DNA of 56,096 bases from Roseburia faecis (GCA_963632045.1 CAVGTH010000001.1:1-56096); one strand, 5' to 3'. Shown: positions 22,041 through 31,748, counted from the stretch's first letter. A program made the numbers and translations. Notes: a model not told the origin generated them from the sequence alone.

Positions 22041-22274
22041 TTATTTTTTGTTTTCTAATAACACATACCTATTATACAAGTTGGTCATACAGATATCGTA
22101 GAGATCGATGACTTCCCAGATATTGTATTTGTGAGCAAGCTCGTAATATGTCGCGAGCCTGTTTGTGACCAACACATATAACACATGATGTGCGTTCGGC
22201 GTATTCAACCGAACGTCCGAGTCCGCAGAAGGGATTACGTTTCGCTCGTCGATTCTGCGGAGCCTGTAAAAACC
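22041..22274 (-). CDS. tail assembly chaperone frameshift extension (gpGT-like, -1 frame)
   Basis: -1 frame open from G GTT TTT at 22274-22268 to TAA at 22043-22041; encodes ...LATYYELAHKYNIWEVIDLYDI... Confidence 0.7.
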   Translation of the reverse strand, partial: GFYRLRRIDERNVIPSADSDVRLNTPNAHHVLYVLVTNRLATYYELAHKYNIWEVIDLYDICMTNLYNRYVLLENKK

Positions 22275-22558
22275 TCAAACACCACGTTCTCAAGGTACCA
22301 CTGTACAAGCTCATTCAAGGCTCGGTAGTTCCGCTCAAGATTGAACGGCATATACACCTCGCGACCGGGTTGTTTAACCGGAAACCATTTCCCGTCGACC
22401 TCGCACTCCAGATGCTCAAGCGCGAAGGCAATCAGCGTCTTGTTCTTTTTGAAATCGTCCAAGTCCACCTGCGTCGCGATAGCGAGCAGGTCAACCGGCG
22501 ACACCTGACCTTCCCGGAAATTGACTCCGGGAAGGGACTGAATCACCAGCTCTCTCAT
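22235..22558 (-). CDS. tail assembly chaperone (gpG-like)
   Basis: 107 aa upstream of tape measure with slippery site near its 3' end. Confidence 0.7.
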   Translation of the reverse strand: MRELVIQSLPGVNFREGQVSPVDLLAIATQVDLDDFKKNKTLIAFALEHLECEVDGKWFPVKQPGREVYMPFNLERNYRALNELVQWYLENVVFEVFTGSAESTSET

Positions 22559-22968
22559 TGTTCGATAATGTCGCCGACCTCGGTTGTCGCAGCCTTTGCA
22601 CGAGTGGTGCGCTTCGTTCCGACAATCGAATCTGTTCTCGCGGCCTCGCTGCGCATTTGATAATCGCGGTGCGCGTTATCAACGCGCTTCAGTGTCTCCT
22701 CCGCTTCTGCGTCTCCCTCATCGGTCTCGGCACCAACGGTGAGTTTCCCGTTTGCTGCGAGTGCCTTCACGGAATCCCAATGCTGAATGCACGCGGGATA
22801 GACACCCGAGCCTTTACGAATCAGCACATGGCTCTGCACCCATGCGGACGCAACGCGTAACCGGTCCGCGACGTGAGCGTCACGGTTGGTCATGTCGATG
22901 CTCTGCAGTCCTTCCGTTACTTCGATGTTCATTTCGCTTTGAATTCTGACAAACTTCTTCATAATCAT
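22555..22968 (-). CDS. hypothetical protein
   Basis: 137-aa ORF coupled to neighbours, GGGGAG RBS. Confidence 0.6.
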   Translation of the reverse strand: MIMKKFVRIQSEMNIEVTEGLQSIDMTNRDAHVADRLRVASAWVQSHVLIRKGSGVYPACIQHWDSVKALAANGKLTVGAETDEGDAEAEETLKRVDNAHRDYQMRSEAARTDSIVGTKRTTRAKAATTEVGDIIEQ

Positions 22969-23223
22969 TTACTCCCCGTTATCAATTAAATATACGGTCA
23001 TCCATCGACCGAGCATTCGTGTTAAGTTATCGTTAGAACGTACCGCTCGTACGAGTTCGTTATAAACAATGTCGTAGTTCGATTTGTTTCTCGCCCAACC
23101 TTTGTAATCGACGATTTCCCACGGCGAATCAAACGTCAGTAAAGGTAAATCGTCTCGGGTATCATAAAACACAACGAACTGTCGACCTTGTTGCCAGAAC
23201 TCATTCCCCTTCGCCGGTCTCAT
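22969..23223 (-). CDS. hypothetical protein
   Basis: 84-aa ORF filling gap after portal; start uncertain. Confidence 0.5.
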   Translation of the reverse strand: MRPAKGNEFWQQGRQFVVFYDTRDDLPLLTFDSPWEIVDYKGWARNKSNYDIVYNELVRAVRSNDNLTRMLGRWMTVYLIDNGE

Positions 23224-25213
23224 CTACAGGACCTTCTGTCGCCGCTGTGGCCGAAGGCACAGCTTCCGACGGTTCTTCCCGGAACTCCGTTCCGGTCGCC
23301 GGTGTGTATCGTCCAGCAAAAGGATTCGATTCTTGCGGGAACTGTTCTCCCAGAATCTCGCTCGGAGCGGCTTTCCCGGCAGTCTTATATGCCGCAAGGA
23401 TTTCAGCCTCTTCCTCAAACTGTAACTTGTTAAGCTGCATAGGATTGAAGTCAATGTTAATCACGTTATCGTTCAGGAAGTCGCGGAGCGACACAGCACT
23501 CTGATACTTGCTAATAATACCCTGACTGAGTAACGTCTCCAACATGTTGGCGTAACTCTGGAGGGAAGCAATCTTCGCGTCGTTCACCGCTTCTTGGTCC
23601 AACGGCCGAAATTCGAAGTCCGGAGCCTCGTTAAGACCGTAACTCAAAAACAGAACCGTTAAGAGTTTCTGGAGAACGGGCCTGAAATAACTGTCGCACC
23701 TGTTCTTGATTGTTACGGCGTATCGATGGAACGCGTCGGACTCCTGCGAGAGTCCTCCCTTCAAATCGCCGAACAGCACTCCCTGCATTTCGAGCGACGC
23801 TGCGACAAGCCACATGTTTGTTTCCAGCAACTGCGAAAGTCCGGAGATGTTCGCGAGCTGGTTCATAATGTACTCGTCGTCCTTATCGAGGAACGTGAGG
23901 GAGTTATAAGTACGAGCCCAATTGACCCCGTTATGTTTTAGCCCGAGACGCTACTCTCGGACCGGGTGATTTACCCCTCATACTTTCATATGAGCGCAGA
24001 CCATATCTTCACCTGTCAAGGTGTCTGCCACTTCGTCAGTCAATCGCTTACTGACTACGAGCATTCGCTCTGGTCGTTGAAGGTTCCCTTACGGGCTTCC
24101 CTGCTGATTAGCCATTATATAATATGTAGGATTTAACCGTGTATTATCTCAATTGTTTTTTCTGCTTTCGCCACATTCACGATTGCAACCTATATAGGTT
24201 GCTGCGTTGTAGTCAATTGAGCTTTAGGCATTTCCAGCAATTCAACAGATATTTTGTCACGCACATTTCTGTACGCGGAGACTATTTTTGTGTAGACTAA
24301 ATCTAATCTCCAGTCGCTTCGTCAACTGTTCCTCGTTTCCCTTATCGGCACCCATAAACACGCCTCTCATTCCGGACATCTTAACGACCTCGATGAGGGA
24401 CTTGTTAATGAGCGACGTAATGCTGGACTTGAGTTGGTCGTCACGCGACAGTTCGTTCAAAATATGCGAGCCTTCAGCGTAACCCCAACCTTGCAACTGT
24501 CCGCATTTGATGAGTTTCGGTGCCGTACGATGCTCGTACCTCAACACATAGGAGTGGTGTACCTTATACTGCCGACCGTCTGCAAAACAAATGTTATAGT
24601 ATTTCGGTTTCCCGAAATCCATATCGCGCATGTTCGTCACGAGGTCGTCATCGGAACCCTGCACACCGTACCAACGATCCGTCACGTAGATTCTCATCTT
24701 CCGACGCCGGATCAATTTCGGGTTAATCGGGTACTGCATTTTCTCGTCCGGGATTCCGTCAAACATCATGATGCCGACTGACCCGCCGAACAATGCTCCC
24801 CACTGTAACAACTGAATCATGTCGAACTTATACCGCTCGTAGGCTTTGTAAATCATGCTGTAGTCGCCGTCGCCGTGCAACATGAACCCGCAGTTGACCT
24901 CGTCCTGTGCCGGTTTATCAATCGCTCGCCGGAACACCCACGAGTCGTTATACAGTGCCAACCACAACGGCCAGTTCAATGTGCTGTTATCGAAACCGTA
25001 AGAACTGAAGCTCTTGACCTTATCGTCAGTACCGACTGCAGCGAGGCTGTTTCCGTACGCGTCGTTGATGGCGACCGATTCAGCAGCAGTCTTGGTCACC
25101 GATTCGATACCGTTATGAAGCCCGTCTTCAAAATCCCGGAAATCGGAGTGTCGCATAAAGCCGTTGGCAAAATCTCGGAGGACTTGCTCGGCTCTTGCCG
25201 TATCTTCAGACAT
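23201..25213 (-). CDS. portal protein (DUF1073-type), two exons join(25213..24306, 23927..23201), 544 aa
   Basis: LY..SW..RRAIDKPA.D, LFGG, G.P.YY, VHHS.VL, GWG.. motifs; splicing restores KRLEMVNWARTYNSLTFLDKDDEY. Confidence 0.85.
23928..24305 (-). ncRNA. group I self-splicing intron (378 nt, no ORF) in portal gene
   Basis: P AATTGCTGGAAA, Q AATCAGCAGG, R TTCAACGACCAG, S AAGATATGGTCT; P1 GGAGAU/GUCUCC with U-G at splice site; terminal G. Confidence 0.9.
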
Positions 25214-25252
25214 ACTAATCTCCTTTCTGTCTAAATCTTTCTTACATATATA

Positions 25253-25387
25253 TTATACATTGATATGAACATAGCCGCTGGGCATAGTATACTGCGGTAC
25301 TTCTACTACTTGATATACTTTCCCGTCAGATGACGTGTATATATCACCCTCACGATCTGTTTGCCGCAAAATCAATTGCTTTTTCAT
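25253..25387 (-). CDS. small hypothetical protein (44 aa)
   Basis: MKKQLILRQTDREG...HINV; GGGAGA RBS and TGGTATAAT upstream. Confidence 0.45.
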   Translation of the reverse strand: MKKQLILRQTDREGDIYTSSDGKVYQVVEVPQYTMPSGYVHINV

Positions 25388-25557
25388 AATTATATCTCCC
25401 GGTCAAACTATCTTTCATTATTCTTATTATACCACATAAATGTAAACTCATAATGAATTGGTAATGAACATAATGCAGATTTTAAATTTCGTCGGCTTCT
25501 GAATATTGATAAACTGTTTCCAATGCTCCTCCTGCTTCGCACGGTGCAGCCATTTTG

Positions 25558-25591
25558 TCGGCTCGACCATTTCGGTAAACCGTGGTATAAT
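25558..25591 (+). promoter_or_regulatory. early-type promoter TCGGCT-N22-TATAAT
   Basis: one of 15 copies with conserved spacing. Confidence 0.8.
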
Positions 25592-25624
25592 ATTATTGTA
25601 AGAAAAATTCGGAGGTTAACTATT

Positions 25625-25798
25625 ATGTATAAGATTCAATACAGATTTAATCCTTATGCTGCCTGGACTGATTGTGTTTGGGATGGTAATTCCTTGACAT
25701 TCAAAGACAGAAAGGCTGCTGTTAAAATGGCCAATGAAGTTCAGGCTATAGCAAAGCAGATCAACTCTACTTATGAGTATAGAGTGGCGGAGGTCTGA
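25625..25798 (+). CDS. small hypothetical protein
   Basis: MYKIQYRF...; GGAGG RBS after promoter. Confidence 0.6.
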   Translation: MYKIQYRFNPYAAWTDCVWDGNSLTFKDRKAAVKMANEVQAIAKQINSTYEYRVAEV

Positions 25799-25802
25799 TA
25801 AC

Positions 25803-25925
25803 ATGTTCAAGAGATTGTTTATCTGGCTCTTTGACAAAAGAGTTCTTGAAGCTATCAATAATGGCTCTACCTACAACGAGGTCAAGGACCTCGTTCGTCG
25901 GCTCAGCCAATCTGACAATCCATGA
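25803..25925 (+). CDS. small hypothetical protein (40 aa)
   Basis: MFKRLFIWLFDK...; GGAGG RBS. Confidence 0.45.
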   Translation: MFKRLFIWLFDKRVLEAINNGSTYNEVKDLVRRLSQSDNP

Positions 25926-25931
25926 TATAAT
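25898..25931 (+). promoter_or_regulatory. early-type promoter TCGGCT-N22-TATAAT
   Basis: motif copy. Confidence 0.75.
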
Positions 25932-25969
25932 ATTATTGTAAGAAAAAATAAGAAACGGGGTACTTAATT

Positions 25970-26323
25970 ATGGCAACCGCTACTACTTTGAAAACCGAAG
26001 ACATCGAAAGACTGGAAGAGCTCATTGACAATCTGGCTCAGGCAAAGAAAGACAAAGCCGAACAGGCCGTCATCAAAGACAAGATTATGGACTTTATGAG
26101 AAGCCTGAACATCAAGACCTTCCGTCAAGGAAACATCGTCATGCGATTGACCGACCGAAGAGAGACCAACGAGTTCGACGTCGACATGTTGAGACAGAAG
26201 TATCCGGAAATTTGGAAAGAATGTCACTCGACTCAGGTTCGCGAAGCTCATCTTCAAATCAAGAAATCTATTGTCATTCAACATGATGACGAACCGACCG
26301 ATGAAGAACTGAACGAGGCTTAA
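25970..26323 (+). CDS. hypothetical protein (resembles YqaJ C-terminal region)
   Basis: coiled coil then FD...LRQKYPEIW motif. Confidence 0.55.
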   Translation: MATATTLKTEDIERLEELIDNLAQAKKDKAEQAVIKDKIMDFMRSLNIKTFRQGNIVMRLTDRRETNEFDVDMLRQKYPEIWKECHSTQVREAHLQIKKSIVIQHDDEPTDEELNEA

Positions 26324-26340
26324 AGCCTCGTTCTTTTTTA
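26311..26340 (+). terminator. rho-independent terminator
   Basis: GAACGAGGCT-TAA-AGCCTCGTTC followed by T run. Confidence 0.8.
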
Positions 26341-26420
26341 GCTCTACTTCGCGAGAGCCTTTTAACAAACCGTCGGTTCCTGAATATTGTTTTAATCGTT
26401 GTTCTGAAATTCGAATAATA

Positions 26421-26450
26421 AAAAGCCTGTGCATTTCACACAGGCTTTTC
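26421..26450. terminator. bidirectional terminator
   Basis: AAAAGCCTGTG...CACAGGCTTTT between convergent genes. Confidence 0.8.
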
Positions 26451-26454
26451 TTAC

Positions 26455-26799
26455 TTAATTAAAATACAGTTCAAACTCTTCATTCAACCAGTCTGCATTG
26501 TCACCGAATTTCAGAACATCGTCTACTACATAGTCAGAACCAGCAAAGTCGATTTTTGAATTGAATCGATCAATAAACTCAGCAGCACACTCATTGTCTG
26601 AAAAACCAAGAGTGTATCTCAAAATGACTTTATCTGTATCATTATCAATTAAGAGATAATACAGACTGTCTTCAGTCTCATCATGATTGACACGAACTCG
26701 ACCAACCGTTACTTCAAAGTTGTGAAAAGTTTCAGGCGTACAGTCATCAATCATATAAGCATGATAACCAAGTCTTCTGAAAAATTCAAGATTCGTCAT
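26455..26799 (-). CDS. hypothetical protein
   Basis: MTNLEFF... 114 aa, with its own minus-strand TCGGCT promoter. Confidence 0.6.
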   Translation of the reverse strand: MTNLEFFRRLGYHAYMIDDCTPETFHNFEVTVGRVRVNHDETEDSLYYLLIDNDTDKVILRYTLGFSDNECAAEFIDRFNSKIDFAGSDYVVDDVLKFGDNADWLNEEFELYFN

Positions 26800-26857
26800 A
26801 GTTTTAATCTCGCTTTCAATTATTAGATTTTTAATGAGCTCTTGTCTCACTGTATAT

Positions 26858-26891
26858 ATTATATCATATTTTAGACTCTTGACTGAGCCGA
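26858..26891 (-). promoter_or_regulatory. early-type promoter TCGGCT-N22-TATAAT
   Basis: minus-strand motif copy. Confidence 0.75.
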
Positions 26892-26966
26892 CGGTTCGAC
26901 CAAACCCTTTTCAACACATCGGCTTCTGAATATCGTTCTAATTATTGTTATAAAAATAAAATTTTG

Positions 26967-27101
26967 TCGGCTTGCTAAAATTTGCAATTTATGATATAAT
27001 ATAATTGTGAGAGCGAGATGCAAAATTCGTTTGCGCGCGAATCAAGATTCGGCTAAGCCAAATTTTATCGGCTCAATCAAAGCTCGTTTTCATGATATAA
27101 T
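26967..27101 (+). promoter_or_regulatory. two tandem early-type promoters (26967-27000, 27068-27101)
   Basis: TCGGCT-N22-TATAAT twice. Confidence 0.75.
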
Positions 27102-27168
27102 ATATACAGAACGAAGCGATCAGGTCGTTCGAAACAAAAAATTCAAACTGATCAGAAAGGTAAAAACT

Positions 27169-28257
27169 ATGACACTCACGAACATTCTCACGAAATCAGG
27201 CGCAAAGGTCCACATTCATTTCGGCAAGAAGACCACAACCAATCTCTGGGGCCGTTGGGTTGAAGTCACAGATATGTCGCTCGTGCTCGAATTGAAAACC
27301 TGCAAGACAGCAACTGATTATGTCGCAGTTCAGTCTAAGCACCAGAACGACTGGCAGAACCTGACGCGACCGTACGTTCGGGCTGCGTCTGCGACCGCAG
27401 CTACAAATCCTATGCAGCCTGCACAAGCTGGGGCCCCGGGGCCCTGCCCTACCGATGACACATCATTCGATACCCTATCCGACCAACTCGACAAAGTGGC
27501 CGTTCAATCCGAGCCTGCCCAGCCTACCGTTTTGAGCGACAAAGAAATTCAGTCGTTTCAAATCAATGCGGTCGGCCGTCTGCAAAAGTTCTTCAGCGAG
27601 TTCAAATTCCAACCGGCTGCTCGGTTCGTGAATACCCTTGCCCTGAGTCAAGACGTGTCTGCTGCTCGGGCCTACGTGACCGGCTACGTGCGACTCATCA
27701 ACAATTCGGACGCGAACGACATCGTCGAAAAGTTGAAGAGCCCTGAGTTCGAATCCGTCGCGTCCGACCTTATCAAGTACCCGCCCAAGAAACAAATCAA
27801 CAAGCGCTTGGACATCTACTTCGGCGACGCCGGCACAGGCAAGACGACCAAGGCTATCGAACAGTACCCGGACGCACAGGTCGTACCTTGCAATGCAAGC
27901 ATGTTGCCTGACGAGCTCATGCGGACCTTCGACTTCAACGACGACAACGGCAACCCGGTCTTCAAGCCTTCGACTCTGCGTCTCGCAATGGAAGCCGGCT
28001 CGCCCATCATCTTCGATGAAATTAACCTGTTGAGCTTCGACTGTCTGAGACTCTTGCAGACCCTGACCGACAGCAAGTCTTCTATCAATTATAATGGCGA
28101 CACAATCGCTGTTAAAGACGGCTTCAAGATTATCGGCACGATGAACCTGACAGTCAACGACCAAGTCTACAACCTGCCCGAGCCTCTGGTCGACCGGGCC
28201 GAAATCATCAATGAGTTCAAACTCAACAGCAAGCAACTGGCCGCCTACGCTTTCTAA
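27169..28257 (+). CDS. MoxR-like AAA+ ATPase
   Basis: Walker A GDAGTGKT, Walker B IIFDEINL, GFKIIGTMN, PEPLVDR; start set at ATG 27169. Confidence 0.85.
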   Translation: MTLTNILTKSGAKVHIHFGKKTTTNLWGRWVEVTDMSLVLELKTCKTATDYVAVQSKHQNDWQNLTRPYVRAASATAATNPMQPAQAGAPGPCPTDDTSFDTLSDQLDKVAVQSEPAQPTVLSDKEIQSFQINAVGRLQKFFSEFKFQPAARFVNTLALSQDVSAARAYVTGYVRLINNSDANDIVEKLKSPEFESVASDLIKYPPKKQINKRLDIYFGDAGTGKTTKAIEQYPDAQVVPCNASMLPDELMRTFDFNDDNGNPVFKPSTLRLAMEAGSPIIFDEINLLSFDCLRLLQTLTDSKSSINYNGDTIAVKDGFKIIGTMNLTVNDQVYNLPEPLVDRAEIINEFKLNSKQLAAYAF

Positions 28258-28281
28258 GGCGGCCGGCCACTCGGCAAATTA

Positions 28282-28315
28282 TCGGCTTGCTAAGATTTGC
28301 AATTTGTGATATAAT
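28282..28315 (+). promoter_or_regulatory. early-type promoter TCGGCT-N22-TATAAT
   Basis: motif copy, here with TTGCTA at -35. Confidence 0.75.
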
Positions 28316-28344
28316 ATAGATGTACGAAAGAGAGGTTACAACAT

Positions 28345-29970
28345 ATGAACGTATCATTCAGTTATTGCGAAGACATCCTGAAGACATTGCCCATCGGCTA
28401 CTATCTTGGTCATCCGCTCACGTTGAAACTTGAGCCGACCGGAGACCGGACCTACATTGAGCTCGGCTGCGAGCGTATCACAATCGGCTTCGTGAACGTG
28501 TTCAATGCTTGCAAGAATGCGCCCGACGGCTATGACCGCGAGTCAATCATTCGTTCGCTTCTGTATCATGAAGTCAGCCACGCAATCCTGACGCCCAGCA
28601 AACTCTTCGAATATGTGCTCAGCGACGAATGGCCGACCAACTTCGATATGCTTTGCGGACCGAAAGTCAGAACGAGAAACGACAAACAGCTCGTGGATAC
28701 ATCGAACCCGTACATTCCGAAAGACAAGCTCGACTGGATTGTGAAGAACCTGCACGACATCATCAATATCTTCGAAGACGAACGTATTGAGACCTTACTC
28801 AATACCTACTACATGAACACGAACTTCAAGCGGCTCGTGGTCATGCTGAACGGTGACCCGAAAAACTTCTGTGACCGTGACGCAATGGGCCGATTCTTCT
28901 CAGTCGTCCGGTACAGACATGGTGACCCGGCTCTCGTGTCTCGTGTTCAGCAAATCATCAACAAGCATGCCGGCTTGGACAATACGGCCGGATATCAGCC
29001 TTGCCTCAACTATGTGCTCGACATCATGCACTTGATGTACGACGTCATCAAGTCAATTATCGATGAGAATGAAAAGCAGGCCGACCAAAACATGAATGAC
29101 AAGCAGCCCAATAAAACTCAGTCTGATGACAAGCCACAATCTGATGACACGACTTCGAGTTCCGAACAATCTACACAGGAAGAAAGCAAAGCCCTGACTG
29201 ATGAAGAGATTGATCAAATCATGAAGACAGTCGAACCGTTCTTGCAGTGCTTCGAAAGCGAAGAAGAACTCTTGGCTACGAAGAAAACACTCAAAGGCCT
29301 GACCACAAATCCGGATGCGACTGCTGTCAAGACGAAGGTCAACAAGATTCTGAACGCGATTCTCAACAAGCAGAAGAACCTGTCAAGCGGCTCGTATGCC
29401 TATGCAGGCCGTATCGACCCGAGAGCGACACTCAATCGCGACTATAAGTGGTTCGCCAAAAAGAACCAAGGCTCGGCTGCAAAGCGCTTCAACAAAGTGC
29501 GCTTCAATCTCTTCGTCGATTCATCTGGTTCATTTCACGGATCTGAGAATGCAATCAATGCTCTCATCTGCTCTCTCAAGCAAATTGAGTCGACAAATCC
29601 CGACTTCTCGGTAAGAGTCGCTCATTGCGGAGCCGGCACGGTGCTCGCTCCTGTCGATAACCCGTACGTCAGTTGCGAGAACTTTTCACAACTCGGTCAC
29701 AATACAAAAAAGATTTACGACTCGATTCAACAGCCTCAAGCAAGCAACGTGAACATCGTCGTGTTTGACGGCCGTATGGCAGGCCGTTTCAATGGCGGCA
29801 ATGCCTACTCGGCCTTCGACCATTCGAACTGTATCATCGTATCGGATGACGCTAATGAAGAAGACATTCGAAGATTTGCACCTTCTGCTAAAGCAATTAT
29901 CCTGCAGTGTGGCTATGCCAATGCCTTCATCGACGTCGTGTTAAAGCAGATCGAATCTATGCTCAGTTGA
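28345..29970 (+). CDS. HEXXH metallopeptidase-like plus VWA domain protein (CobT-like MoxR partner)
   Basis: HEVSH, NIFEDERIE, GRID, MIDAS DSSGS, VFDG. Confidence 0.8.
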   Translation: MNVSFSYCEDILKTLPIGYYLGHPLTLKLEPTGDRTYIELGCERITIGFVNVFNACKNAPDGYDRESIIRSLLYHEVSHAILTPSKLFEYVLSDEWPTNFDMLCGPKVRTRNDKQLVDTSNPYIPKDKLDWIVKNLHDIINIFEDERIETLLNTYYMNTNFKRLVVMLNGDPKNFCDRDAMGRFFSVVRYRHGDPALVSRVQQIINKHAGLDNTAGYQPCLNYVLDIMHLMYDVIKSIIDENEKQADQNMNDKQPNKTQSDDKPQSDDTTSSSEQSTQEESKALTDEEIDQIMKTVEPFLQCFESEEELLATKKTLKGLTTNPDATAVKTKVNKILNAILNKQKNLSSGSYAYAGRIDPRATLNRDYKWFAKKNQGSAAKRFNKVRFNLFVDSSGSFHGSENAINALICSLKQIESTNPDFSVRVAHCGAGTVLAPVDNPYVSCENFSQLGHNTKKIYDSIQQPQASNVNIVVFDGRMAGRFNGGNAYSAFDHSNCIIVSDDANEEDIRRFAPSAKAIILQCGYANAFIDVVLKQIESMLS

Positions 29971-30139
29971 CTGTTAGTACCCGTATGGGAGGCATATCAA
30001 AATCGATATACCTCCCGTCGACGGTCGATCGACGCACTCCTCCCGGGCTCTATGCCAAAATGAATAATTATTCGTTTTCCGCCTCTTCTGTTTCATCATG
30101 TACTGACTCAAGATTTACGCCATCAAAACATTATACCCC

Positions 30140-30162
30140 GGGCCCCCTCAGTTAGTACCCTC
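30140..30162. repeat. 23-bp dispersed direct repeat, copy 1
   Basis: GGGCCCCCTCAGTTAGTACCCTC; 22/23 identical to 33279-33301. Confidence 0.8.
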
Positions 30163-30234
30163 GTGGTTAGTGTTTTATAAATCATTGTTTTCGCAATAAG
30201 CGCGTGCCCCCTCAACAAGAAAGGAGATTTTTAT

Positions 30235-30696
30235 ATGAAACGAACCAAAGAAGAATGCGACAAATTATATGCCGACATCATGTCGTTGAAGGCACAGGGC
30301 CTTCGCAATCAGGAGATTGCCCTAAGGCTCGGCGTCAACGACAATACCGTCTCCCGGTACGTCAACGGGTATGTCGGCGTATGCCTCAACGACTACGGTC
30401 TCGACGCCCGACGCAAGCTTACTCCTCGTGACATCGAAGAGATCAAGCGCCGGTATGCCGAAGGCGAAAAGGGAATCGACCTCGCGAGAGAGTTCGACGT
30501 GCACCAATCCACCGTCACCTACTACTGTTGTCCGGGTCGTAAGAAGCGGGTCAATATTAACGTGGCCGAACGTATTGCCCGTCTCAAAAAGGAAGACCCG
30601 AACTTTCTGAACCGTATCAACGACCAAGTCGGCCGCAGCTTGAAGCGGCGCCGTGAAATTATCGATAAAATCAAAAAAGGAGAAATTACAAAATGA
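30235..30696 (+). CDS. tandem helix-turn-helix DNA-binding protein
   Basis: GLRNQEIALRLGVNDNTVSRY and DLAREFDVHQSTV. Confidence 0.8.
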   Translation: MKRTKEECDKLYADIMSLKAQGLRNQEIALRLGVNDNTVSRYVNGYVGVCLNDYGLDARRKLTPRDIEEIKRRYAEGEKGIDLAREFDVHQSTVTYYCCPGRKKRVNINVAERIARLKKEDPNFLNRINDQVGRSLKRRREIIDKIKKGEITK

Positions 30697-30887
30697 ACGA
30701 GAACGAACTGAAAGACGCAATCAAAGCGGCAATCCGCGAGTCAAGCAATACCCGAGGCAAACTCCCTCAGAGAGCGATTCACATCAACAATTACCACTCC
30801 CTCTGGGACGACGACTCGAAGCCCTACTCCTACACCGTCACGCTTGACCAAGACGACAACGTGACCGGTATCAAGCCCAATTGGTGA
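30693..30887 (+). CDS. hypothetical protein
   Basis: 64 aa, translationally coupled. Confidence 0.55.
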   Translation: MNENELKDAIKAAIRESSNTRGKLPQRAIHINNYHSLWDDDSKPYSYTVTLDQDDNVTGIKPNW

Positions 30888-30893
30888 GTCGAT

Positions 30894-31136
30894 ATGAGCA
30901 GCCCGTTCGAATGGTACGACAAGCATTTCAATGAGATTGAAATCGTCAATCCGGTCAGTCACACACGTATGAGGGGAGAGGTCATCACGACCTCCGACCC
31001 TCGCATGCTCAAACAGTTAAAGAAGATGCAGGACCGCGTCCAAGTGCTGTCGGTCGAATTAAGCGACAACACCATCGGCCTCCGGACCGTCAGATCTGTC
31101 TCCGTTAAAGTCTTACCTCCGGAGCCTTGTGTATAA
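30894..31136 (+). CDS. hypothetical protein
   Basis: 80-aa ORF in operon. Confidence 0.55.
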   Translation: MSSPFEWYDKHFNEIEIVNPVSHTRMRGEVITTSDPRMLKQLKKMQDRVQVLSVELSDNTIGLRTVRSVSVKVLPPEPCV

Positions 31137-31240
31137 GGCCATAAATTGCAAGTTGCTCGGGCCCTTATACAATGTAGGGCCCGCCCCCGGTTACTGTCCA
31201 AACCCAAGCAGAATGCTTGAATACAAAGGAGAAAACGCGA

Positions 31241-31588
31241 ATGAAAGAATCTCTTGAGTTCTACAAAGAACATCTGGCCGACATTGTTATGTGCGGCCTG
31301 TCATATGAGGAGCAGGAAACTGTCATTATCCGAACACACAACGACGGCTTCCTCAGTGTCGAAACAAGCCTCCCGTCCGACTTCACCATCTTCCGTCGGA
31401 ACGCACTCAAAGGCGACTGGGAACTCACCGGCGTTGAGGTCGCCGCCGACGAACCGGATCCCCTCCGGATTATTTCGGCACGTTTCAAAGCACCGAAGAA
31501 ACTGCTCACGTTCCGGCCGGCCAAGAAAATCCTGACTGACGAGCAGAGGGCTGCCGTTGTCGCTCGGTTCGCGAAAAAGAAAGTATAG
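31241..31588 (+). CDS. hypothetical protein
   Basis: EEQETVI...PKKLLTFR..LTDEQR; AAGGAG RBS before ATG 31241. Confidence 0.6.
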   Translation: MKESLEFYKEHLADIVMCGLSYEEQETVIIRTHNDGFLSVETSLPSDFTIFRRNALKGDWELTGVEVAADEPDPLRIISARFKAPKKLLTFRPAKKILTDEQRAAVVARFAKKKV

Positions 31589-31704
31589 TCTTTTTCGCCT
31601 TATGTAAAAGGACGTGCGACGCAAGTTGCCTCGGGGCCTACGTTGTATATGGGCCCACCCCTCCAAATTTTCCGGTGCAAGCAATTGCAAGGACCGAATG
31701 AGTA

Positions 31705-31735
31705 AAAAATAAGAGCGGGCTTCGAAGCCCGCTCG
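31705..31735. terminator. bidirectional terminator
   Basis: GAGCGGGC-TTCGAA-GCCCGCTC between convergent genes. Confidence 0.75.
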
Positions 31736-31748
31736 TGTATTATCAGAT

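Noticed and set aside
23201..25213. Portal as a pseudogene or two separate genes
   Set aside because: The interruption has group I intron hallmarks and splicing restores a continuous frame
25492..27101. CRISPR-like array from recurring TCGGCT motifs
   Set aside because: Copies are short, degenerate, irregularly spaced and tied to TATAAT boxes; no repeat-spacer periodicity
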